A stretch of DNA of 63,045 bases from Oscillospiraceae bacterium. GTDB lineage: Bacteria > Bacillota > Clostridia > Oscillospirales > Oscillospiraceae. The stretch spans positions 1-63,045 of the forward strand of contig JAFSRS010000008.1 of the NCBI GenBank assembly GCA_017445985.1. Reading direction: 5' to 3'. The notes under the pieces are model-generated. The model was not told the DNA's origin. It saw only the letters and a list, made by a program, of their open reading frames with translations, and ran no database searches. The stretch's first letter is position 1, and each line of letters starts with the position of its first letter. The translations under genes and the position numbers were made by a program. Below, in pieces: positions 26,103 through 34,298 of this stretch.

Positions 26103-28030
26103 AACGAATGATGGTGCTCCTGCTGGCGCTGCTTTTGGCGTTCGGCGCCTCAGCGTGCGGTGCAAAAAGCGGAGAGCCGCGCCTTTCCGAAAAATAGGTG
26201 ATGGAGATCCTGCACGAATACTATGAGACGGGAGGCTCGTTGAAACCCGGCTGGGCCGTGGAAGAGCAGCTGGGCCTGAGTTTTATCAGCTCGGATCCGG
26301 AAACATCATCCTGCCCGATCACCGCGAAGCTTCTGGAGGATTACGTTCAGACTTATTCCTATTATGAATTGGTGAAGTGCCTGGACGATCTCGGAAGGTA
26401 TGTGAGCTTGTTCGCGGAGGATCTCGACGCAAATCAGTATGACAGAGCGCAGGAGATCACCTACTGTGACCGGATGACGGAGATCTACGGCTGGCTCAGG
26501 GAGCTGCAGCCGGATACGCAGATCGTGTTTGACGGCGCGGCCCTGGAATCCCTGCACGGGACAGAGGGCTACTACGGAGGCATGGCGGATACGGCGTCGG
26601 AAGAAAGCGTCCGGGGACGCTTTAACGTGGGGAGCGACAACCATATTGTCAGGGGGGAGAAATCGAAATATCAGGAAACCAAATATTACGGCGACTGGGC
26701 AGTCACGCATATCTGGGGCCACGAGTACGATGAGGGCGTTTACGGATGGCGGAACGGCGAATTCATCGACATCCCGGCCCACTGGGTCCCAATCGACTAT
26801 TACGACATCGACTTTTGCGGGTGGAATCTGTTACATGGGTATGAGGAGTCTCCGGAGAACCTGTATCAGGTTTGGAATGCTGCCCTGACGCAGGAAAACG
26901 GGTATCGGAAATGCCTTGCGTTTTTCCTGCGGGAAGCCGCGTGTGCCGATCCTCTTTACGGGGAGGGGCACCGCTGGACGGTCATGGAGGCGGAGAGCGG
27001 CTGGCTTGATCTGTTTGAGGAAGACGGAAGCCTGCGGGCAGACCGACTTGGGACCGCGCGCAGTGAGCAGCTTGAGCAGGTAAAGAAGGAAGCGGAAGAG
27101 GCTAGAAAGCTTGCGGAGCAAAAGGGAGCGTATCTGGAGGCCGTCGAGCTGCTGGATGGGCTGATGGAGACCGCCGATCCGGACACGGAAGCGGAGCTGC
27201 GTGCGCTTCGGACCGAGCTGTGCTGGGCGGGTTATGAGAACGCCTTTGCGGCGGAAGAATATGATCTGGATGCATACTATCAGGCGACGGAAACGAGCCG
27301 GGCGTTTTTGGAGCTGCTGCGCGGGGAGGACGACCGGGCCGACGAACTGCTGGCCCGATACCGCAAAGTGACGACAGGCGTCTCCGGCAGGCAGAGCGGT
27401 TACAGCTACAATGCCTTCGGCTCGCTTCTGGCGGACGAGGATTATTCCTTCGGCTATGACGAACTTGGCCGCGTGACGGAGAAAACCTACCGCCGCACTG
27501 GCGTGAAGACCAGATACGCTTACGGAGAGGACGGGGCGCTCTGCTCGGTGGAGGAGGAAGACTCCAGCTTTCTGCGCGTCCGATATGAGCTGAACGAGCG
27601 CGGGGAGATCACAAAACAGGTCTCCGTCTCACTGTATACGCAGAACGAATATGTGGTAAGCTATGCCTGGGATGAGCAGGGCCGGTTGATCCATGTGACC
27701 GGATCGGAAAATGATTCCGGTCACGAAGAGACCGACTATGAATACGACGGAGCCGGACGGCTGAGCCGGAGGACGTCCGTATTCATCTACGGCAATAAAA
27801 TGGTGGAGCCCGGAAGAGTCATTCCGGCCTGTACGACAGATTATCGGTACGACGAGGACGGGGCGCTCTGCGAGAAGGTCACGGTCTATCCGAGCAACAG
27901 CTTTTATAACAGCAAGCGGGGAAAGACGGAGACCGTCGAGTACAGCACCGGCTGGATCCTGCTCGACGGGGTGCGCGAAGCCCCTGCGCCCGTGCTGCCG
28001 GACCTTCCGAATCACTTCGCGTGTCTTTGA
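26099..28030 (+). pseudogene. lipoprotein signal peptide plus YD/RHS-repeat protein, interrupted by one in-frame TAG (26195-26197)
   Basis: MKRMMVLLLALLLAFGASAC (lipobox-like), then 13 codons, then TAG. The same frame continues for 610 codons containing FGYDELGRVTEKT, YAWDEQGRLIHVT, YEYDGAGRLSRRT and YRYDEDGALCEKV. There is no usable RBS before the 26198/26201 starts. GC is lower than in the flanks. Confidence 0.55.
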
Positions 28031-28115
28031 GGCGGTTGCTTCTGCGGAATCAGCCTTAATATGCATGGCTTTTTCAAAATTCTTCGGAAATTCCGTGTTA
28101 TTTCCAGAAATCCTA

Positions 28116-28144
28116 TTGCGTTTTCAAAAAAATTACGTTATAAT
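28116..28144 (+). promoter_or_regulatory. sigma-A-type promoter candidate for the flavoprotein gene
   Basis: TTGCGT (28116-28121), 17-nt spacer, TATAAT (28139-28144). Confidence 0.55.
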
Positions 28145-28186
28145 ATACTTTGCTGCATTCTCAGGACCTTTTGCAGCAAAGTATAT
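28143..28186. promoter_or_regulatory. 15-bp perfect inverted repeat overlapping the -10 and start region (operator or 5' leader hairpin)
   Basis: ATATACTTTGCTGCA (28143-28157), 14 nt, TGCAGCAAAGTATAT (28172-28186). Confidence 0.5.
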
Positions 28187-28203
28187 TTTTGTTAGGTAGG
28201 GCT

Positions 28204-29445
28204 ATGGCTGCGAAAGGGACGATGGAAGCGGACGCCGTTGTGATCGGCGGCGGGCCTGCCGGGATGATGGCCGCGCTGACCGCGGCAACGCGCGGGCGGC
28301 GGGTCGTGCTGGTCGAGCACCAGCGCTTCGTGGGACGCAAGCTGCGGATCACCGGCAAGGGCCGCTGCAACGTCTGCAACGATTGCGAGGTCCGACCCTT
28401 TCTCCAGAAGGTCCCCGGCAACCCGAAATTCTTATACAGCGCCCTGAACCGCTTTTCCCCCGCGGATACGATGGCTTTTTTCGAGGGGCTTGGCGTCCCG
28501 CTGAAAACCGAGCGCGGCGGGCGGGTATTCCCGCAAAGCGACAACGCCCACGACGTGGCGAACGCGCTGGAACGCGCGCTGCGGCGGGCGAACGTGAAGC
28601 TGCTCTTCACCGAGGCGAAGCAGGTCCTGACCGCGAACGGCGCAGTCCGCGGCGTGCAGACCGCCGACGGGACGATCGAAGCGCCCCACGTCCTTCTGGC
28701 CACCGGCGGCGCGAGCTATCCGCTGACCGGCTCCACCGGGGACGGCTACCGGATGGCTGAGGAGCTGGGCCACACGGTCACGCCGCTGCGCCCCGGCTTG
28801 ATCCCCCTGGAGTGCGCGGAGGACGACTGCGCGGAGATGCAGGGCTTTTCCCTGAAAAACGTGACGCTGACGGTGTTCGACGGCGCGGGAAAGACGGTAT
28901 TCACCGAGCTGGGCGAGCTGATGTTCACCCACTTCGGCGTGACCGGGCCGCTGGTGCTCTCCGCCAGCAGCCGGATGCGCGACATGGAGCGGACCCGTTA
29001 CACTCTGGAGATCGACCTGAAGCCGGGCCTGGATGAGGACAAGCTGGACGCGCGCATCCAGCGGGACTTCCGGACCTATGCCAACCGGGATTTCCGCAAC
29101 GCGCTGGACGACCTGGCCGGGCGGAGCATGATCCCGGTGCTGCTGCGCCGCAGCGGCATCCCCCCGGAGACGAAGGTCCATTCCATCACCCGGGAGCAGC
29201 GGTTGGGACTGGCGCGGCTGTTCAAGCACTTCGGCCTGACCGTCACCGGGACCCGTCCGATCGCGGAGGCCATCGTCACCCGCGGCGGGGTCGCGGTGGG
29301 GGAGATCGACCCGCGGACGATGGAAAGCAAGCTGGTCCCCGGCCTGTTCCTGGCGGGAGAGCTGATCGACTGCGACGCCGAAACCGGCGGCTACAATCTC
29401 CAGATCGCCTGGTCCACCGGGCATCTGGCGGGGGAGAACCTGTAG
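28204..29445 (+). CDS. NAD(P)/FAD-dependent oxidoreductase, HI0933/YhiN (BaiN-like) family
   Basis: VVIGGGPAGMMAA dinucleotide fold, FTHFGVTGP, C-terminal GGYNLQIAWSTGHLAG. Confidence 0.88.
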   Translation: MAAKGTMEADAVVIGGGPAGMMAALTAATRGRRVVLVEHQRFVGRKLRITGKGRCNVCNDCEVRPFLQKVPGNPKFLYSALNRFSPADTMAFFEGLGVPLKTERGGRVFPQSDNAHDVANALERALRRANVKLLFTEAKQVLTANGAVRGVQTADGTIEAPHVLLATGGASYPLTGSTGDGYRMAEELGHTVTPLRPGLIPLECAEDDCAEMQGFSLKNVTLTVFDGAGKTVFTELGELMFTHFGVTGPLVLSASSRMRDMERTRYTLEIDLKPGLDEDKLDARIQRDFRTYANRDFRNALDDLAGRSMIPVLLRRSGIPPETKVHSITREQRLGLARLFKHFGLTVTGTRPIAEAIVTRGGVAVGEIDPRTMESKLVPGLFLAGELIDCDAETGGYNLQIAWSTGHLAGENL

Positions 29446-29519
29446 CTCCCGGAGGGAACGGCTGGTAGAAAGAGAGTTGTGGCAGATCATGCCAGACGAT
29501 AAAGGAGGGTTAACAAACT

Positions 29520-31700
29520 ATGAGAACGATCGAGATCGCATCCACAGCGGGCTTTTGCGGAGGCGTAGCCCGCTCCGTCGCCAAAGCGGAAGCGACCCTG
29601 CAGCAGGAGGGGCGCGTTTACTGCCTGGGCGAGCTGGTACACAACGCGGACGAGGTCAGGAGGCTGGAGAGCCTGGGGCTGATCACCGTGCAGAGCGCGG
29701 ACGAGGTCCCGGCGGGGGCCGTCGTGCTGCTCCGCTGCCACGGCGTCGCAAAGGAGGTCTACGAGGCGCTGCGCGCAAAGGGCGCGGAGATCGTGGACGC
29801 CACCTGCGACCGCGTGCAGAATATCCAGCGTCTTGCCGCGAGAGCGGGAGAACAGGGACGCAAATTGATCGTATTCGGCGACCCGAAGCACCCCGAGGTG
29901 CAGGGCATTTGCAGCTGGGCGCCGGGCAGCGTCGCCGTCGAAACGCCCGAAGCGCTGGAAGAAATGCTCACAAACGATTCAAAACTGGCCGCTTCCCCCC
30001 TCTGCCTGCTGTTTCAGAGCACACAGACCGAAAAAAATTTGAAAAAATCCAAAGAAATCGTAAAAAAGTTGTGTACAAATTGCGAAATCTTTGATACAAT
30101 ATGTTTTGCTACGCAAATCAGGCAGAAAGAAGCTTTGGATCTCGCATCCCGCTGCGGCGCGATGGTCGTCATCGGCGGAAAAAACAGTGCCAACAGCCGC
30201 CATCTGGCGGATTTGTGTGCGGAGAAATGTGCCGTGGTGCAGTTCGTGGAGAACGCGGACGAGCTCGACCTTTCTTCGCTAAGGGCATTTGATACCATAG
30301 GTATCACCGCCGGCGCGAGCGTGCCCGGACGGATCTTGAAGGAGGTAACACAGAAGATGGATGAACTGAACAACATGGTTGAAACTGCCGCTGAGCAGGC
30401 CGCTGAGCCGGTCGTGGAAGCTGTCGCCGAGCCGGTCGCAGAGCCGGTGGTCGAGGCTGCCGCTGAGCCCGCCCCCGCTCCGGTTGAGGTGAAGAGCGAG
30501 GCCAACGAGACGGAGAAGAGCTTCGCTGAGCTGCTGGAGGATTCGATCAAGACGATCTACAACGGCGACGTGGTCAAGGGCGTCGTCGCCGCGATCACGC
30601 CCACTGAGGTCACGCTCGACCTGGGCACCAAGCATTCCGGCTACATTCCCGTTGAGGAATTTGAGGACGAGAATGGCACTCCCATCGAGGAGCTGATCCA
30701 TATCGGCGACACCGTCGAGGCCAGCGTGGTCCGCGTGAACGACGTGGAGGGCACCGTGATGCTTTCCAAGAAGCGTCTGGACGCGGTCAAGAACTGGGAC
30801 GACGTCGAGGCCGCCTGCGAGAACGAGACGGTCGTCGAGGGCGTCGTCACCGAGGAGAACAAGGGCGGCGTCGTCGTCAAGGTCAAGGGCCTGCGCGTCT
30901 TCGTGCCCGCCTCCCAGTCCGGCCTGCCCCGCGACGCGGAGATGAGCCAGCTGCTCAAGCAGAAGGTCCAGCTCTATATCACCGAGGTCAACAAGGCCCG
31001 CCGCCGCATCGTCGGCTCCATCCGCAAGGTCGCGGCCAAGGCCCGTCACGAGGCCATCGCCCGCATCTGGGACGAGATCGAGGTCGGCAAGCGTTATCAC
31101 GGCACGGTCAAGAGCCTGACCAGCTACGGCGCCTTCGTGGACATCGGCGGTGTGGACGGCATGGTGCACGTCTCTGAGCTGAGCTGGAAGCGCATCACCA
31201 AGCCCGCCGACGTGGTCGCCGTGGGCGACGAGATCGACGTGTACGTGATCAACTTCGACCGCGGCACCCGCAAGATCTCCCTGGGCTACAAGGATCCGAA
31301 CGAGAACCCCTGGCAGCGCTTTATGAGCCAGTACCAGGTGGGCGACGTGGCCAGCGTCCGCATCGTCAAGCTGATGACCTTCGGCGCCTTCGCCGAGATC
31401 GTCCCCGGCGTGGACGGCCTGATCCACATCTCCCAGATCGCCAACCGCCGCATCGGCAAGCCCGATGAGGTCCTGACCGTCGGCGACGTCGTGGACGCGA
31501 AGATCACCGCGATCGACGAGGAGAAGCACAAGGTCTCTCTGAGCATCCGCGCTCTGAGCGAGCCGGCTCCCGCCCAGCGCCGCGTCCGTGAGGAGCAGGA
31601 GGGGATCAACGAGGCGCCCCGCGCCGACGCCCTGATCTACGAGGTCAGCGAGACCGGCAAGGTCTCCGGCAACGCCCCTGTCGTTGACGACGAGGAGTAA
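29520..31700 (+). CDS. ispH: bifunctional 4-hydroxy-3-methylbut-2-enyl diphosphate reductase / ribosomal protein S1 fusion
   Basis: IspH N-half (GFCGGV, CHGV, ATCDRV cluster cysteines). AEPV-repeat linker. Four S1 OB-fold repeats (G.V..V...GA.V...G..G..H.SE). Confidence 0.92.
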   Translation: MRTIEIASTAGFCGGVARSVAKAEATLQQEGRVYCLGELVHNADEVRRLESLGLITVQSADEVPAGAVVLLRCHGVAKEVYEALRAKGAEIVDATCDRVQNIQRLAARAGEQGRKLIVFGDPKHPEVQGICSWAPGSVAVETPEALEEMLTNDSKLAASPLCLLFQSTQTEKNLKKSKEIVKKLCTNCEIFDTICFATQIRQKEALDLASRCGAMVVIGGKNSANSRHLADLCAEKCAVVQFVENADELDLSSLRAFDTIGITAGASVPGRILKEVTQKMDELNNMVETAAEQAAEPVVEAVAEPVAEPVVEAAAEPAPAPVEVKSEANETEKSFAELLEDSIKTIYNGDVVKGVVAAITPTEVTLDLGTKHSGYIPVEEFEDENGTPIEELIHIGDTVEASVVRVNDVEGTVMLSKKRLDAVKNWDDVEAACENETVVEGVVTEENKGGVVVKVKGLRVFVPASQSGLPRDAEMSQLLKQKVQLYITEVNKARRRIVGSIRKVAAKARHEAIARIWDEIEVGKRYHGTVKSLTSYGAFVDIGGVDGMVHVSELSWKRITKPADVVAVGDEIDVYVINFDRGTRKISLGYKDPNENPWQRFMSQYQVGDVASVRIVKLMTFGAFAEIVPGVDGLIHISQIANRRIGKPDEVLTVGDVVDAKITAIDEEKHKVSLSIRALSEPAPAQRRVREEQEGINEAPRADALIYEVSETGKVSGNAPVVDDEE

Positions 31701-31715
31701 TCATTCAGCAAATTC

Positions 31716-31754
31716 ATCGCGCCCCGCATGAAAGCGGGGCGCGATTCCTTTCTT
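31716..31754 (+). terminator. intrinsic terminator after ispH-S1
   Basis: ATCGCGCCCCGC-ATGAAA-GCGGGGCGCGAT, a 12-bp perfect stem, then TCCTTTCTT. Confidence 0.8.
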
Positions 31755-31802
31755 GACCCGGATTTTGCTTGATTTTTCAAGGAAAAATGTGCATTTCCCC
31801 CC

Positions 31803-31831
31803 TTGCGAAAGACACAATTTTCATGTATAAT
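31803..31831 (+). promoter_or_regulatory. sigma-A-type promoter candidate for carD-ispD-ispF
   Basis: TTGCGA (31803-31808), 17-nt spacer, TATAAT (31826-31831). Confidence 0.55.
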
Positions 31832-31900
31832 TTAAATGTATCAGAAATGATGACGGAAAGAGGGAAGGCCGGCCCGGAGAAAGAGAAAGGTTGAGTCTGG

Positions 31901-32386
31901 ATGAAGTTCCAATGCGGCGACAGGATCGCGCACCCACTGCACGGCGCAGGGGAGGTCCGTGCGATCGAACGGAAACGGGTGGATGGTCGACAACGGGAGT
32001 ACTATGTCGTTCACATCTCCAAGGGCGATATGAAGGTGATGATCCCGGTCGACGCCTGTGAGCAGATCGGCGTCCGGCCGATCATCGACGCGGAGCAGGC
32101 TGAGGCGATACTCGCCGCGATCCCGGAGCTGGAATCCATCGACGATACGAACTGGAACAAACGCTACCGGGAGAACATGGTCCAGCTCAAAAGCGGCGAT
32201 CTGATCCGAACGGCGGGCGTCATCAAATCCCTGACCCTGCGGGAACGCCAGAACGGGCTGAGCAACGGAGAGCGAAAAATGCTCCATTCCGCGAAGCAGA
32301 TCCTGCTGAGCGAAGCGATGCTCGCGTTGGAGTGCAGCTACGAAGAGGCCGAAGCGAGGCTCTACGAGGCGCTGGAAAAAACATAA
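31901..32386 (+). CDS. carD: CarD/CdnL family transcriptional regulator
   Basis: N-terminal Tudor-like GDRIAHPLHGAGEVRAIE...YYV motif. Helical C-terminal domain. Confidence 0.9.
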   Translation: MKFQCGDRIAHPLHGAGEVRAIERKRVDGRQREYYVVHISKGDMKVMIPVDACEQIGVRPIIDAEQAEAILAAIPELESIDDTNWNKRYRENMVQLKSGDLIRTAGVIKSLTLRERQNGLSNGERKMLHSAKQILLSEAMLALECSYEEAEARLYEALEKT

Positions 32387-32447
32387 ACGATTAGCAAAGA
32401 ATAATTCAGGATTATTCTTTGCTAATTCTTCGTTTGGGAGATATACG

Positions 32448-33173
32448 ATGAAACTGACAGATACGATGCGACGTATACAAAACGGCTTTTGCTCCGCGGT
32501 GATCGTCGCGGCGGGGCACAGCGAACGGATGGGGGAGGACAAGCTCTTTCTGACCGTGGGCGGGCGTCCTGTGCTGGCGCTGACGCTTTCCGCGTTCCAG
32601 GAGAGCCCGGACGTGCAGGAGATCGTCCTTGTCACCACGCCGGAGCGCGTGGACGCGGTGGACAAGCTGCGAAAGGGCTATCATCTTGACAAGCTGACGC
32701 AGGTGATCTTTGGCGGCGAAACTCGGACGGAATCCGCCTACCGCGGCGTCATGGCGGTCTCCAGGCAGGCGGAACTGATCTGCATCCACGACGGCGCGCG
32801 GCCCTTCGTCACGCAAAGGGTGATCGCGGACGCCGTGCGCGGCGCGGCGCTGGATCTGGCCGCGGCCCCGGCGATCCCGGTCAAGGACACGCTCAAGCAG
32901 GCCGAGGGCGGCGTCGTCAAAGCGACCCCGCCCAGGGAGTCTCTGTTCGCGATCCAGACGCCCCAGGCCTTCCGGGCCGAGTTGATCCGCGCGGCGCTGG
33001 CAAAGGCCCACGAGAGCGGCACGGTCTACTCTGACGACTGCGCGGCGGTGGAGGCCATCGGCGGGGTGATCCATCTGACAAAGGGCGACGAGCAGAACGT
33101 CAAGCTGACCACGCCCCAGGACCGCCTGCTGGCGGAGGCGATCTGGAACAGCCGGAAGGAGGCGGAGCCATGA
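32448..33173 (+). CDS. ispD: 2-C-methyl-D-erythritol 4-phosphate cytidylyltransferase
   Basis: [13 protein letters not shown]-loop-like motif, [16 protein letters not shown]. Confidence 0.93.
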   Translation: MKLTDTMRRIQNGFCSAVIVAAGHSERMGEDKLFLTVGGRPVLALTLSAFQESPDVQEIVLVTTPERVDAVDKLRKGYHLDKLTQVIFGGETRTESAYRGVMAVSRQAELICIHDGARPFVTQRVIADAVRGAALDLAAAPAIPVKDTLKQAEGGVVKATPPRESLFAIQTPQAFRAELIRAALAKAHESGTVYSDDCAAVEAIGGVIHLTKGDEQNVKLTTPQDRLLAEAIWNSRKEAEP

Positions 33174-33649
33174 TCCGCATCGGCCACGGCTACGACGTGC
33201 ACCGGCTCGTGGAGGGACGGCGGCTGATTCTCGGCGGGGTAGAGATCCCCTGGAAGCTGGGGCTGCTGGGGCACTCCGACGCGGACGTGCTGACCCACGC
33301 GCTGATGGACGCCCTGCTGGGCGCGGCGGCGCTGGGGGACATCGGAAAGCTGTTCCCGGACAAGGACCCGGCCTACGAGGGCGCGGACAGCATAGAGCTG
33401 CTGCGGCGGGTCGATTCTCTGCTCCGTGAGCACGGCTGGACCGTCGGGAACGTGGATTGCACGGTGCTGGCCCAGGCCCCGAAGCTGGCCCCGCACGTTC
33501 CGCAAATGCGGGAAGGCCTCGCGGCTGCGCTGGGCGTTGACGTTTCCCAGGTCAGCGTCAAGGCCACGACGGAAGAGGGCCTGGGCTTCACCGGCAGCGG
33601 CGAGGGCATCGCCGCCCACGTGGTATGCATCCTAGTGAATCGTGTTTAG
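33170..33649 (+). CDS. ispF: 2-C-methyl-D-erythritol 2,4-cyclodiphosphate synthase
   Basis: [28 protein letters not shown]-like motif ([13 protein letters not shown]). ATGA overlap with ispD. Confidence 0.95.
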   Translation: MIRIGHGYDVHRLVEGRRLILGGVEIPWKLGLLGHSDADVLTHALMDALLGAAALGDIGKLFPDKDPAYEGADSIELLRRVDSLLREHGWTVGNVDCTVLAQAPKLAPHVPQMREGLAAALGVDVSQVSVKATTEEGLGFTGSGEGIAAHVVCILVNRV

Positions 33650-33955
33650 TGAAGCGTGAATCGTTAAGGGATCGCCTGCGGCGATCAATATCAAATCTGG
33701 TTATCGGCTTTCCTGAGCTTTCTGACATGATGTAGGGGCCGCCGCCCACGGCGGCCCCCAGCGTGTAGACAAATCGGGATTTACATTGGAACGATATTTG
33801 TCTACAGTCTCCGGGCCGCCGAGGGCGGCGGCCCCTACATCAAATTATTTACGTTCAGCAATTTATCTTTCTGTAAGTTAACCCGAGAAATAGAATTTAA
33901 AAATTGTCGCGAAGCGACACCACAAATATTCACGATTCACTGCACACTCACGCAC
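33633..33955. repeat. TGAATAG-class palindromic element whose A/T core spacer carries about 220 bp of extra sequence
   Basis: Left units TAGTGAA TCGTGTT TAGTGAA GCGTGAA TCGTTAA, then GGGATCGCC-TGC-GGCGATC. Right side GTCGC-GAA-GCGAC, then ATATTCA CGATTCA CTGCACA CTCACGC. The left units overlap the last codons and stop of ispF. Confidence 0.75.
33732..33838. mobile_element. 107-bp GTAGGGG...CCCCTAC terminal-inverted-repeat element (MITE-like), nested in the heptamer element
   Basis: Perfect 15-bp TIR GTAGGGGCCGCCGCC / GGCGGCGGCCCCTAC, about 26 bp with 2 mismatches. Internal TGTAGACAAAT...ATTTGTCTACA inverted pair. No coding capacity. Confidence 0.6.
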
Positions 33956-34040
33956 GCTCTCATCCTTGCATAGAATGGACCACGGCGGGACACCGGGCTT
34001 CCGGCGTCCTGCCCGTTTTCTATGAAAGGGAGTATTCCGT

Positions 34041-34298
34041 TTGGATTCTCATATTTTGCTGTTGTGCCGAAGTATGACCGCGGCGCAGCGGGCCGCCGCG
34101 GCGCTGGGGCAGGGCGGGGTCTTTGCCTCCGTGACAAAAGCGCCGCAGAGCACGAACCCCGGCGGCTGCACCTACGCGGTCAAGCTGGGGGAGCGCAAGC
34201 TGCAAACCGCGCTGACGATCCTCCGCGGGGCGGGCATTCCCTGGGAGCGGGCGTACCGGGTCGACGCGCGCGGGACGCTGCGGGAGGTCGGAACGTGA
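34041..34298 (+). CDS. DUF3343 family protein (putative Se/S carrier-like)
   Basis: 85 aa. HILLLCRSMTAAQRAAAAL...GGCTYAV pattern. AGGGAG RBS 7 nt before TTG 34041. GTGA overlap with the desulfurase gene. Confidence 0.65.
   Translation: MDSHILLLCRSMTAAQRAAAALGQGGVFASVTKAPQSTNPGGCTYAVKLGERKLQTALTILRGAGIPWERAYRVDARGTLREVGT

Noticed and set aside
26195-26197. In-frame TAG read as pyrrolysine
   Set aside because: No pyl genes or methylamine methyltransferase context is visible in the window. A nonsense mutation, read-through or sequencing error is far more parsimonious.
30385-30490. DNA tandem repeat inside ispH-S1
   Set aside because: It is in frame and encodes the AEPV-rich interdomain linker. 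I treat it as a coding low-complexity region, not as a separate repeat element.
34022-34294. N-terminal 91 codons of the 464-aa ORF-track entry for the desulfurase
   Set aside because: This extension is Arg/Gly/Ala-rich and overlaps the DUF3343 gene in another frame. Homologous desulfurases begin near IYLD.AAT, which follows GTG 34295 and overlaps the DUF3343 stop.
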